In this document: piece after piece, positions 50,312-61,330 of the stretch | Layout: each line of letters opens with the position of its first letter | Numbering within the stretch: the first letter of the stretch is position 1 | Assembly: GCA_903897855.1 (NCBI GenBank) | Contig: CAIUDH010000041.1 | Coordinates: 44,879 to 108,878 of the forward strand | Origin: an uncultured Bacteroidota bacterium | GTDB lineage: Bacteria; Bacteroidota; Bacteroidia; UKL13-3 | Direction: 5' to 3' | DNA length: 64,000 nt | Translations under genes and position numbers: made by a program | The notes under the pieces: generated by a model | The model's input: the letters and a program-made list of their open reading frames with translations, nothing else | What the model was told of the DNA's origin: nothing | Databases searched by the model: none

Positions 50312-50983
50312 ATGGAGACAACAAGTACGAGAGCACTTCGCTTAGCCGCTGAAAAACAGATGAAATTGAAAAAACTAGAAGCCCCTTCTGTTTTGAATGA
50401 AGCAGATGCTTTTGCGATGATTCATGAATTAAGCGTAACCAAAATAGAGCTGGAGATGCAAAATGAGGAACTCCTAATGGCAAAAGAAGAAATTTATGCG
50501 GCCAACCTAAAGCTCAAGGAGCAGTTTGATTTTGCTCCTTCAGGTCAAGCTGTTCTTTCAAAAGATGGAGCTTTCATTAAGCTAAATTTCGCTGCAGCCA
50601 ATATGATCGGAAAAGAACGCAGTTTTTTAAGACGAAAATTACTCTCTTCCTTCGTTTCAAATGACACACGCCCGGTATTTAATTCCTTCATACATAATTT
50701 ATTTTTGTTTAATACGAAACAATCCTGCGAAATAAAATTAGGGGCACTTAATACCCATGTTCAATTGGAAGGCAACAGCACTGAGAATAAGGAAGAATTA
50801 TCGATAACCCTCATTGACATCACTGAACGCAAAAAAATTGAAGAATTTCTTCGAGTCGAAGCAGAGCGGGAAAATGACACAATGAATTTATTTATTGGCA
50901 GAGAGCATAAAATGATTGAGCTTAAAAAGGAAGTAAATGATTTATTGAAAAAGCTCGGGGAAGAAAAAAAATACGACTATTAA
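50312..50983 (+). CDS. PAS-domain protein with an N-terminal coiled coil (partner of the CheB/CheR fusion)
   Basis: ELEMQNEELLMAKEEI heptads, then a PAS-like core (FDFAPSGQAVLSKDGAFIKLNFAAANMIG). Starts 7 nt after the upstream gene. Confidence 0.55.
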   Translation: METTSTRALRLAAEKQMKLKKLEAPSVLNEADAFAMIHELSVTKIELEMQNEELLMAKEEIYAANLKLKEQFDFAPSGQAVLSKDGAFIKLNFAAANMIGKERSFLRRKLLSSFVSNDTRPVFNSFIHNLFLFNTKQSCEIKLGALNTHVQLEGNSTENKEELSITLIDITERKKIEEFLRVEAERENDTMNLFIGREHKMIELKKEVNDLLKKLGEEKKYDY

Positions 50984-51077
50984 TGGGTTCAAAAACAAGG
51001 CTAACTTCTTGTATCCTGAATTGAGGCAATGAACCAAACCCGACTCATATATGCCCCCATTTTTGATTTTTGAGACC

Positions 51078-52193
51078 ATGAAAAATTTCATTATTCTAAT
51101 TATTATCAGCTTTTTAATAGGTAGTTGTACTTACGACCATGGTGAACTATATTTTGAAAAAGCCAATTTAGAATTTAGATTAAAAGATTACCAGGCTGCT
51201 CTTGCCGATGTTACAAAAGCAATTGAGATTGAACCTAAGAGTGCTCATTATTATACCCTCAGAGGGGAGGTAAGGAGCGCCTTGATGGATGATGAAGGAG
51301 CCTTGGAAGATTTCACCAGAGCCATTGAATTTGACACCAAAAACGCCCCCCTTTATTTATGTAGAGCCACCTCGAAACACAAGCTAAAAAATTACCGGGG
51401 TGCCATGGAAGATTATAGCACTGTATTGGAATTGAACCCCACCGATACGCATTCATACTGTTTGAGAGGGATAACCAAAACAGCCCTGAAAGATTACCAA
51501 GGAGCTATCTCCGATTTCAATTTAGCCCTTAAAATGGATCCCAGCAATGCCGATGCTTTATATAACAGAGCACTCAATAAAAATATAATTTTCGATTTTA
51601 AAGGAGCCATCACCGACTTCAATAAGGCCTTAGAGTGTGACTCCACTTACCCTAATATTTATTATAACCGAGGATTTTCCAAAGCAAAGCTTTTACATCA
51701 TCAAGGTGCTATTGCCGACTTTACTAAGGCTTTAGCCTTAAACCCCATCGATACAAACTCTTATCGAATGAGAGGTGTTTCTAAAAGTGAACTGCTCGAT
51801 TATGTCGGGGCCATCGCCGATTATTCCAAAGTACTTGAATTGGACTCCAATGCCGCAGAATTTTATGTCAAAAGAGGAATCCTGAAAAACAAGCTATACG
51901 ACTTCTCAGGGGCCATTCTCGACCTCAGCAAGTCGATTTGTATAAACCCAGGCGATACCAATTCTTATCTACTAAGAGGCATTGTAAAAACCAACAGCTT
52001 AGATTATTCCGGCGCCTTAATCGATTTCAATAAAGCAATCGAAATCGGTCCCTCTGTTGCCGAACTTTATTATTATAGGGGAATCGTAAAAATGTATCTG
52101 TCACAAAACGAGAGTGGTTGTCGCGACTTAAATAAAGCCGGAGAATTAGATTTCGAAGCTGCCTATGATATGATAAAAAAATTCTGTCGTTAA
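51078..52193 (+). CDS. TPR-repeat lipoprotein (about 10 TPR units)
   Basis: Lipobox (LIGSC). Regular 34-aa repeats of the form A..Y..RG.....Y.GA..DF..A...P. Confidence 0.8.
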   Translation: MKNFIILIIISFLIGSCTYDHGELYFEKANLEFRLKDYQAALADVTKAIEIEPKSAHYYTLRGEVRSALMDDEGALEDFTRAIEFDTKNAPLYLCRATSKHKLKNYRGAMEDYSTVLELNPTDTHSYCLRGITKTALKDYQGAISDFNLALKMDPSNADALYNRALNKNIIFDFKGAITDFNKALECDSTYPNIYYNRGFSKAKLLHHQGAIADFTKALALNPIDTNSYRMRGVSKSELLDYVGAIADYSKVLELDSNAAEFYVKRGILKNKLYDFSGAILDLSKSICINPGDTNSYLLRGIVKTNSLDYSGALIDFNKAIEIGPSVAELYYYRGIVKMYLSQNESGCRDLNKAGELDFEAAYDMIKKFCR

Positions 52194-52312
52194 TGTTTTT
52201 TCTTCCCTCCAATTTATGCGTGAAAGCATAGAATTTTCTTGCCTTATTTTTTTTACTTTGAAAGGTCAAAAAGGCTTTACTATATAACAAATATATAAAG
52301 AGTCTAAGGTCT

Positions 52313-52341
52313 TATATTTGCAAATATGACTACCTTTGCAA
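52313..52341 (+). promoter_or_regulatory. nadA promoter region: -7 box TATATTTG inside a 14-nt perfect palindrome, overlapped by a TTGCAAA-N10-TTTGCAA inverted repeat
   Basis: ATATTTGCAAATAT (52314-52327) is self-complementary. TTGCAAA (52318-52324) and TTTGCAA (52335-52341) are reverse complements. About 90 nt upstream of nadA. Confidence 0.35.
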
Positions 52342-52412
52342 TCTTAATTATACCGATTGTAAAAAACAGTTGAATGATAACCTAATTATACCCGTTAACT
52401 TAAGAGAGTCGA

Positions 52413-53477
52413 TTGAACATGACACCCATAAAAACCAATACAGTAAAGAACTGGAAAAATTTATTCAGTGAAAAATTCATTCGAATGACTGGTGAAACAC
52501 AGCGTGAGCAATTGAGTTCAATACTACTTCAAGTGGAAGAAATACATGAATTGAAACTGAAGAAAAATGCCACCATACTTTCGCATTATTATATGCCCCC
52601 TGAATTGCAGATAGAGACGAAAGATGGAGGTGTGGCCGATCATACTGGCGACTCGTTGGCCTTAAGTGTTGCTGGCACACAAACGGAGGCAGAGCATATC
52701 GTGTTTTGTGGCGTCAAGTTTATGGCCGAAACGGCCCATATCCTCTCACAGGGTAAAAAAGTGTTTCTCCCCAGTTGGTTGGCAGGATGCACCTTAGCCG
52801 AAAGTATCACCGCGGAGGATGTGAAGATGCTCAGAGCAAAACATCCAGGAGTGCCGGTGATGGCCTATATCAACACCAACGCCGAAACAAAAGCAGAATG
52901 TGATATTATTTGTACTTCACGTAATGCTATTAAAATAGCAAATACATTCAGTGGGGAAGAATTGATTTTTGTGCCCGATAAATATATGGGGCAAAATTTA
53001 GTGAGTAAAGCAGGGGGTGAGACCAACAAAAAATTTATCCTTTGGAATGGTTCATGCGTGGTGCATGAGCAGTTTATGGGTAATATTAAAAGTATGACCA
53101 TGGCGGAGCCGGAAGCGGAAGTGCTCTTGCATTGGGAAGTACCCGGACAAACCGTTGATTCGGTACTTAACAGCACCAAAGGTATTGTGGGAAGCACCTC
53201 CGATATTATCAAATATGTGGAAGACAGCGCTGCTAAGAAATTTATTCTTGGCTCGGAATGCGATTTAGGGGCTACCCTAAAGGGTAAATTCCCATTGAAA
53301 CAATTTATCACACCCTGTATCTACTGCTCCTATATGAAAGCCATTACCATTGGCAATACACTCGAAACATTAAAAATGATTGGCACAGCGAGAGAAAAGG
53401 AACAACTCATTATAATGGATGAAGACCTTCGCACTAGAGCTTTTATTCCATTACAAAGAATGCTAGACTTAAGCTAA
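52413..53477 (+). CDS. nadA: Quinolinate synthase A
   Basis: NATILSHYYMPPELQ, FCGVKFMAETAHIL and the C-terminal Cys-containing region of NadA. The start may instead be Met25 at 52485. Confidence 0.9.
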   Translation: MNMTPIKTNTVKNWKNLFSEKFIRMTGETQREQLSSILLQVEEIHELKLKKNATILSHYYMPPELQIETKDGGVADHTGDSLALSVAGTQTEAEHIVFCGVKFMAETAHILSQGKKVFLPSWLAGCTLAESITAEDVKMLRAKHPGVPVMAYINTNAETKAECDIICTSRNAIKIANTFSGEELIFVPDKYMGQNLVSKAGGETNKKFILWNGSCVVHEQFMGNIKSMTMAEPEAEVLLHWEVPGQTVDSVLNSTKGIVGSTSDIIKYVEDSAAKKFILGSECDLGATLKGKFPLKQFITPCIYCSYMKAITIGNTLETLKMIGTAREKEQLIIMDEDLRTRAFIPLQRMLDLS

Positions 53478-53525
53478 TATCATGTGTAAAATTTCTAACC
53501 CTTTGACAAAAAGTTTAACCGTCTG

Positions 53526-55172
53526 ATGAGGATCATTGAGTCTGACATTTTAGTGATAGGTAGTGGTATTGCCGGATTGTTTTTTGCATCAAAATCGGCC
53601 GATAGTGGAACGATTAATATTATTACCAAAGCCGCCATTGATGATGGTAATACCCGGCTTGCACAAGGTGGCATTGCCTGTGTAAATAATGCTCATGATA
53701 ATTTCGAATCGCATATCAATGACACCCTCCTGGCAGGGGCTGGATTTTGTAATAGGGAAGCGGTTGAGTTGATGGTAAGCCTGGCACCAGCATTGATTGA
53801 GGAGCTTGTCAATATCGGAGTGAAATTTTCAAAGGAAAACAATATCCTGGATCTTGGCAAAGAAGGGGGGCATTCACACCATCGTATCGTTCACTCCACC
53901 GACATCACCGGATCGGTGATTGAACAAGCCTTAGTAAAAAATGTAAGCCAGTTCAAGTCCATTCATACCTTCGAATATTTTATCGCTATAAAATTAGTGG
54001 TCCATGATTCGTGTTGCTACGGCACCCTAGCCTTAGATACACAAACAGGCGAATCGGTTTTTTTTCGATCGAAAAGTACGGTACTTGCTACGGGGGGCGG
54101 CGGACAAGCCTACCTACAAACAACCAACCCTTTACTGGCTACAGGCGATGGCTATGCCTTGGCCTACGATGCTGGGGTGCCTATTTCAGATATGGAATTT
54201 GTACAATTCCATCCCACGATGTTACATCATGCACAAGCCCACGGATTTTTAATTAGTGAGGCACTACGGGGTGCAGGAGCCGAACTCGTACTTCCCGACG
54301 CAAGCACCTTCATGCAACACTATCACCCTCTCGGTTCATTAGCTCCCCGCGATATTGTATCGCGCGCGATGTATACCGAGATGAAGGTTTTAGGCCTGCC
54401 AAATCTCTTTCTTGATGCCAGAAGCATATCACCAAAAACCATTGAGACTCATTTCCCCAATATTAACACCACCTGCTTGGCACTGGGTATCGATATGCTT
54501 CACCACCTGATTCCAGTGGCGCCAGCAGCCCATTTCATCTGTGGTGGAGTCACAACAAACCTTGATGGCTGTACCGGTTTGAAACAGCTGTATGCAATTG
54601 GAGAAGTAGCTCGCACGGGTGTTCATGGGGCAAACAGGCTGGCTAGTAATTCCTTATTGGAAGGCTTGGTCTTTGCATTTCAAACTGCCAACCACGTGAA
54701 AGAGAATCTGCCTTATTACAAAAATTCCGTATTATTGCCTAATTTCCCTGTTCAAAAGCTGCCTAAAACTGCTCTTGAACAGAAGGAGATTGCCCATCTG
54801 AGGTTAGCAATACAAACCCTGATGTGGGAACATATCGGTATTGTTCGTTGCGAGTTAGGAATGAAGGAAGGGGAAACAGCCTTAAACCTTATTGGTTCCC
54901 GAATTCAAGTGCTGCTAAAGACAATTCAGCTTGATCGGGAGTTGATAGAGTTAAATAGTATTTATAAAACGGCTGAACTAATAATAAACGCAGCACTCAA
55001 GAGAACAGTAAGTTTGGGTTGTCATTATATTGAGTACCCGAACACTTATAAAAATAGCGGCCCTCCGCGAGATAAGAACATCCTAAAGGAGACAGTTAAA
55101 GTAAAGGAATTGACGCAACAAATCGTTGATTCAGAAGAAATTGGTAACGATCACGTGATCAAGATAAAATAA
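53526..55172 (+). CDS. nadB: L-aspartate oxidase
   Basis: FAD-binding DILVIGSGIAGL. RLAQGGIA. The succinate dehydrogenase/fumarate reductase flavoprotein-like core. Confidence 0.92.
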   Translation: MRIIESDILVIGSGIAGLFFASKSADSGTINIITKAAIDDGNTRLAQGGIACVNNAHDNFESHINDTLLAGAGFCNREAVELMVSLAPALIEELVNIGVKFSKENNILDLGKEGGHSHHRIVHSTDITGSVIEQALVKNVSQFKSIHTFEYFIAIKLVVHDSCCYGTLALDTQTGESVFFRSKSTVLATGGGGQAYLQTTNPLLATGDGYALAYDAGVPISDMEFVQFHPTMLHHAQAHGFLISEALRGAGAELVLPDASTFMQHYHPLGSLAPRDIVSRAMYTEMKVLGLPNLFLDARSISPKTIETHFPNINTTCLALGIDMLHHLIPVAPAAHFICGGVTTNLDGCTGLKQLYAIGEVARTGVHGANRLASNSLLEGLVFAFQTANHVKENLPYYKNSVLLPNFPVQKLPKTALEQKEIAHLRLAIQTLMWEHIGIVRCELGMKEGETALNLIGSRIQVLLKTIQLDRELIELNSIYKTAELIINAALKRTVSLGCHYIEYPNTYKNSGPPRDKNILKETVKVKELTQQIVDSEEIGNDHVIKIK

Positions 55173-55183
55173 CGCTATAAATC

Positions 55184-56983
55184 ATGGTTTTAAAATCAGA
55201 ACATATCTTTCATATACCGGTAATGGGACTTGCATATACGGTTGATTCACCAGTGAAAGTAGCTCGTTTTGGGATCTCATCAGTAATCTCCATCATAGAA
55301 GATCGTTTAGTGGAGATGATGCGTAAGCACTACTATCCCACCATCAACGAAACCTATACTCCTATATCGCACCACGAACCCGATTACAGAGCAAAAAGAA
55401 TCACCGATTATCTAAACCTGGTGAACACGATCGTACAGCAACAAATGCAAAAATTAAAAACAGAAGCATTTGAACGTGGTACCGAAATAGTGAAGTATTT
55501 TGAGATGTTACCGGTGGAGAGCAGATTGAAGAAACTGTATCTGGAGATGATGCATTGTGCTGATGAGGTAGAGAAGATAGGCCTGCAAGTATACCTACGC
55601 ACACAACTTGTTGCTGGAGGTATCGATGTAAATATACTCACGAAAACAGATCGGGAAAATCGTGATGACGATGGAAATATCATTCCGAACGGATCGGACG
55701 CCGTGGCCGCCTTGCGTGGTTATATTAAAAGCGATTTAACCAACTCCGCTATTGTGTTTTCGGCTGGCATGAACCCTCGATTATATAGCTATCTGGAAAA
55801 TTTCGATGCCTTCGATCCAGATGAAAATTTCCTCTTGAAGAAACGAGTGATTGTGAAAGTAAGCGACTACCGTTCGGCCCTAATTCAAGGCAAGTTTTTA
55901 GCTAAAAAAGGAATTTGGGTAAGCGAGTTTCGGATCGAATCGGGACTCAACTGTGGAGGCCATGCTTTTGCCACCGATGGGTTTCTTTTAGGTCCTATTA
56001 TGGAGGAGTTTAAAAACAATAGAGAGGTGTTGGCCAACACCATATTTGATATTTACAAATTAGCCATTCACAAAAAAACCGGACTAGATTTTAATCATCA
56101 TCCAGGAATTGAAATTTCGGTGCAAGGAGGTATTGGAACTTACGAAGAAGATCGTTTTTTACATGAACACTATAACGTTACAAGCACCGGTTGGGGTACC
56201 CCTTTTTTATTGGTGCCCGAAGCAACTACGGTAGATGATCATACCTTAAAACTTTTAAGCGATGCCACAGAGGAAGACATATTGCTTAGCAATTACTCAC
56301 CACTCGGCGTTCGTTTTCATTATTTGAAAGGAACCACCGCAGCCATTGAAAAACAAGAGAGAATAGATGAAGGTAAACCTGGTAGCCCCTGCACTGAAAA
56401 GCATCTTGGCTTTAATACCGAATTTACTGAAGAACCTATCTGCACTGCTTCTCATAAATATCAGAAATTAAAACTAGAGCAATTACAAACCCTTGGCCTG
56501 TCTGAGAAAGATTATCAATCGCAAAAAGCAGATGTATTAGCCAAAGAATGCTTATGTATTGGTCTTAGCAATGCGGCTGCCTTATATTATAATGAGCCCT
56601 TTTTGAAAAGTTTGAAATCGGTGAATGTCTGCCCTGGTCCCAATATCGTAAACTTTTCAGAAGTAGTTTCATTACAAACCATGGTGGATCATATTTATGG
56701 CAGAACCGATATTATGACAAATCCAAAGCGCCCTCATATGTTTAATGCAGAAATAACACTGTATATTAACTATATCAAGGAGCTGCTGTTAAAGGAGGGT
56801 GGAATAAACGACCCTAAAAGAAAAAGCTATTACCAATCGTTTATCTCCAATTTGTTGGAAGCCATCGTTTACTATAAAAACTTACCCGCACATGCGATAG
56901 CAGCCCGATCTGTTTTTATGGAAGAGTTAGAGCGTGCTGAAAAAGAATTGGCCGCCGTGAGAATAGCCTATGCTTTAGATTAA
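55184..56983 (+). CDS. Conserved hypothetical protein (599 aa), possibly an FMN-binding TIM-barrel-like enzyme, co-oriented 11 nt after nadB
   Basis: No confident family assignment. The motifs ESGLNCGGHAF and VQGGIGT are reminiscent of nitronate monooxygenase or glutamate-synthase-type FMN barrels. Inference only. Confidence 0.5.
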   Translation: MVLKSEHIFHIPVMGLAYTVDSPVKVARFGISSVISIIEDRLVEMMRKHYYPTINETYTPISHHEPDYRAKRITDYLNLVNTIVQQQMQKLKTEAFERGTEIVKYFEMLPVESRLKKLYLEMMHCADEVEKIGLQVYLRTQLVAGGIDVNILTKTDRENRDDDGNIIPNGSDAVAALRGYIKSDLTNSAIVFSAGMNPRLYSYLENFDAFDPDENFLLKKRVIVKVSDYRSALIQGKFLAKKGIWVSEFRIESGLNCGGHAFATDGFLLGPIMEEFKNNREVLANTIFDIYKLAIHKKTGLDFNHHPGIEISVQGGIGTYEEDRFLHEHYNVTSTGWGTPFLLVPEATTVDDHTLKLLSDATEEDILLSNYSPLGVRFHYLKGTTAAIEKQERIDEGKPGSPCTEKHLGFNTEFTEEPICTASHKYQKLKLEQLQTLGLSEKDYQSQKADVLAKECLCIGLSNAAALYYNEPFLKSLKSVNVCPGPNIVNFSEVVSLQTMVDHIYGRTDIMTNPKRPHMFNAEITLYINYIKELLLKEGGINDPKRKSYYQSFISNLLEAIVYYKNLPAHAIAARSVFMEELERAEKELAAVRIAYALD

Positions 56984-57004
56984 TTTTACGTAATTCGATA
57001 CTTC

Positions 57005-57448
57005 TTAAATTGCACTTATTTTGTCATCCATCCATTCGGCATATGAATCTTTTGTTTCATATAATTTGAGTTGAATGAGTTTTACCTCCTCTGGAAAAGA
57101 TTCCTTCAATGTTTGCTTGATATAAAATAACAAATTTTCAGCGGTGGGCTCGGCATCCCAAATTATAAGATTTTCTTGCGTGGAGAAAGAAGGATGAGCG
57201 GCTACAAAAGGGCTTGACAAAATCATCCTATGATCGAACTTCTCCGTCACTGCTTCTTTTACAATTTTCTTTATTTCTTTAAAGTCGATGATAAATCCGG
57301 GTGCAGGAATATATTCGGTGTGGTTTTCAGAAGCACAAACGGTTACATGAAGTTCATAAGAATGTCCGTGAATATTTTTGCATGCTCCCTTATATCCATG
57401 GATGGCATGGGCCATTTCAAAATGAAAAATTTTAGTCAGTCGAATCAT
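57005..57448 (-). CDS. 6-pyruvoyl-tetrahydropterin synthase / QueD-family protein (second paralog)
   Basis: MIRLTKIFHFEMAHAIHGYKGACKNIHGHSYELHVTVC has the PTPS Zn-binding His residues and a catalytic Cys context. The supplied ORF starts at 57481. Confidence 0.8.
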   Translation of the reverse strand: MIRLTKIFHFEMAHAIHGYKGACKNIHGHSYELHVTVCASENHTEYIPAPGFIIDFKEIKKIVKEAVTEKFDHRMILSSPFVAAHPSFSTQENLIIWDAEPTAENLLFYIKQTLKESFPEEVKLIQLKLYETKDSYAEWMDDKISAI

Positions 57449-57506
57449 ATATATAGCGTTAAAACGAAGGTGTGAAAGCAATTTGTTTGCTTCTTACAAG
57501 TACAAA

Positions 57507-58871
57507 TTACGTAGTTTTTTTTGACTTGCTTTTAGTATAATAGCAAAGCAATTGATTTTTTATCAACGGATAAATGATAATTAGAATACCGATCGTGAGA
57601 ATCAATCCGAAAATGAAAAAAGAAATGAAAAAAGGCTTCAACTCCACCATCATCGAGCCAAACAAGATTCGTGGCTCACTCATCTGCCATTTCGATTGCA
57701 TCACTCCTACGGCAATTAAACTAATCCAAAAGGCAAATAGAGAGGCGTTAATCACGAAATAAGTTCGATTAAAGAGCTTAGTATTAGGTTCGAAAGTGAG
57801 ACAAGTTTCATGAAGTATATCAAAGGCGATGGCCAATAACAAAAAAGTGTTGATGCCAATGGTTGCTCCCATGGTGTGGGCTACGGTAATAAAAGTGCCA
57901 TGGGTATAAATATTTAAAGCCGGCACCGACATGCCAATAGCGAGCAAGAGCGTTAAAAAAACCCAGACATCAGCGGCAAGTATAAACTTATAGGCCGCAT
58001 GATGAAAATGTCGTCGGGCAGTACTTACCGAAGCTCTCCATTCATAAATTATTCTTCCTAAAATTAATAACTCGGTCATGCTTACCACATAACTTACATA
58101 TTGAATAAAATGATAGGTGGGTAAAGTATAAATATGGTGCCCCCAGTTAAACATCAGATTGAACAACCCAATAAAATATAAAAGGAAACCCATACGAGAG
58201 GTGCTATAGGTTTTATCGCCACTGATTTTCTCCATGAGAAAAAAACTACTCCCATAAATTAACATATTCCAAGCCCCTACCATCGACCCATAAGATTTCC
58301 ATTGAACCGTCATATCATTGACGATATTATTTCTGAAATAAGGAAAAATCCATAAGTACGACTCGAGAAAAGTAAACAGAAAAAACACGGCTCCGGTGAG
58401 CCACATCCATACATAAACAGGCTGATTCCTGATACTGCCAATCGTATTTATAACATTGTAAAGAAACAATAACCACCCAAATAAAATTGGCAAAGCCAAT
58501 AAAGGCGGAAACTCCCAGTATTCTCGCCCACCAAACATACCAAAACAATAGGATGTTAAGATGGCCAGGATCGTGAACAAAAACACGAGCAACTGAACCT
58601 TCGTAAGCCATGGAGTATGAAGCTTTTTCTGTGTATACTGCTGCAAATAGAACAAGACACTGCCCATGGCTCCTAAAATAATCCAGAACACCACAGCTGA
58701 AACATGTAACGGTCGAATTTTCTCAAAAGAGAAATATTTCTTTAAAAAACCAGGAACCAAATATTGAAACGCTCCGGTTAAACCATAAATCATACCGAAG
58801 CCCAATAATATGAGTCCAGCAACGATGAAAAGTTTATTGGTGTTGAGCTGTTTATTGTTCGATGGTTCCAT
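57507..58871 (-). CDS. norB: Haem-copper oxidase family large subunit, most consistent with cNOR NorB-like nitric oxide reductase
   Basis: 12-TM protein of 454 aa with conserved His clusters (WGHHIY, HFHHAAY, VAHTMG). Preceded and overlapped by a NorC-like cytochrome c. The order cyt c then large subunit fits norCB rather than ccoNO. Confidence 0.55.
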   Translation of the reverse strand: MEPSNNKQLNTNKLFIVAGLILLGFGMIYGLTGAFQYLVPGFLKKYFSFEKIRPLHVSAVVFWIILGAMGSVLFYLQQYTQKKLHTPWLTKVQLLVFLFTILAILTSYCFGMFGGREYWEFPPLLALPILFGWLLFLYNVINTIGSIRNQPVYVWMWLTGAVFFLFTFLESYLWIFPYFRNNIVNDMTVQWKSYGSMVGAWNMLIYGSSFFLMEKISGDKTYSTSRMGFLLYFIGLFNLMFNWGHHIYTLPTYHFIQYVSYVVSMTELLILGRIIYEWRASVSTARRHFHHAAYKFILAADVWVFLTLLLAIGMSVPALNIYTHGTFITVAHTMGATIGINTFLLLAIAFDILHETCLTFEPNTKLFNRTYFVINASLFAFWISLIAVGVMQSKWQMSEPRILFGSMMVELKPFFISFFIFGLILTIGILIIIYPLIKNQLLCYYTKSKSKKTT

Positions 58872-59262
58872 TGGAGTTTACTTTAAACGTTCTAAGATCT
58901 GATTTCCCTGAAGCATCGATACTTTTAAGATAGGATAGTAAAGCATCCATTTCCGACTCAGGCATATTAAAAACAGGCATCACTGGGGTAAAGACACTGG
59001 CATCTTTAAGAAACAATTTTATGAATGCCGTATCTCGTGCTGTATATTCATTGGTAAGGTCGGGGCCCAGAAAACCACCCAATCCATAAACCTGATGACA
59101 AGCGCCACAATTATATTTTTGCCATATTAATTTGCCGGCCGAACTTTGTTCATCCATAGCTGAGGCTTTTCTTGGCAAAGAATTATAAATATAACAGGTA
59201 TAGCATAAAAAAGCAGAAAGCAAGAATGTGATAATTATAAATTTATGCTTGTCGTAAGCCAT
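58852..59262 (-). CDS. norC: Membrane-anchored mono-haem cytochrome c (NorC-like)
   Basis: N-terminal TM anchor. WQKYNCGACHQVYGLGGFLGPDL has a CxxCH haem site and resembles the NorC consensus around it. Overlaps norB by 20 nt. Confidence 0.55.
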   Translation of the reverse strand: MAYDKHKFIIITFLLSAFLCYTCYIYNSLPRKASAMDEQSSAGKLIWQKYNCGACHQVYGLGGFLGPDLTNEYTARDTAFIKLFLKDASVFTPVMPVFNMPESEMDALLSYLKSIDASGKSDLRTFKVNSNGTIEQ

Positions 59263-59386
59263 AGTGGTGAGAACAAATAAAAGAATGCGAAGATATCCAT
59301 ATCATTTATCTTTGCAAAAAATAAATCGAACTATTACCCGATTTTTCTTCACAAGCAAGTGCTTCACAGCGCCAATACACCTCCCG

Positions 59387-59857
59387 ATGAATAAACCAAC
59401 GCAAGCTAAAACCCCGGCCGACTCGGAAACCATTAAAACTGAAATCGTGTGTCCGAATGATACCAACCCCATGGGTTACCTGCAAGGGGGCCGTCTGGTT
59501 GAATGGATGGATATTGCAGCTGCCGTTTGCGCTCAAACACATGCCGGTAAAATTTCTGTGACAGCCTCCATTAATCAAGTCGACTTTAATGAGGCCGCAA
59601 AAATAGGCGATATCGTAACCATCGATGCCAAAATAACGAGAGCGTTTAACACTTCTATGGAAATTTTTGTTCAGTCGTATGCTCGGAAGGTCCTGCTTGG
59701 AAAAAAATATCTCATCAGTGAGGCCTTTTTCACGTTCGTGGCACTCGATGAGAACGGAAAATCTTCTCCTGTGACAGAATTGACACCAGTATCAGCAGAG
59801 GAAAAACGACAATATGAATTGGCACTTAACAGAAAGCAACAGCGGCATATAAAGTAG
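59387..59857 (+). CDS. Acyl-CoA thioesterase (hot-dog fold, YciA-like)
   Basis: IVCPNDTNPMGYLQGGRLVEWMDIAAAVCA and ASINQVDFNEAAKIGDIVTIDAKI are typical of acyl-CoA thioester hydrolases. The supplied ORF starts at 59264. Confidence 0.75.
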   Translation: MNKPTQAKTPADSETIKTEIVCPNDTNPMGYLQGGRLVEWMDIAAAVCAQTHAGKISVTASINQVDFNEAAKIGDIVTIDAKITRAFNTSMEIFVQSYARKVLLGKKYLISEAFFTFVALDENGKSSPVTELTPVSAEEKRQYELALNRKQQRHIK

Positions 59858-59925
59858 CCCATATAAAAAAAAGTATGGCAGAAATTCCACCATACTTTTT
59901 TTTTGAATCCTAAGGAGCAATCTGC

Positions 59926-61317
<1,392 letters not shown>

Positions 61318-61330
61318 TTAAAATTATTTT

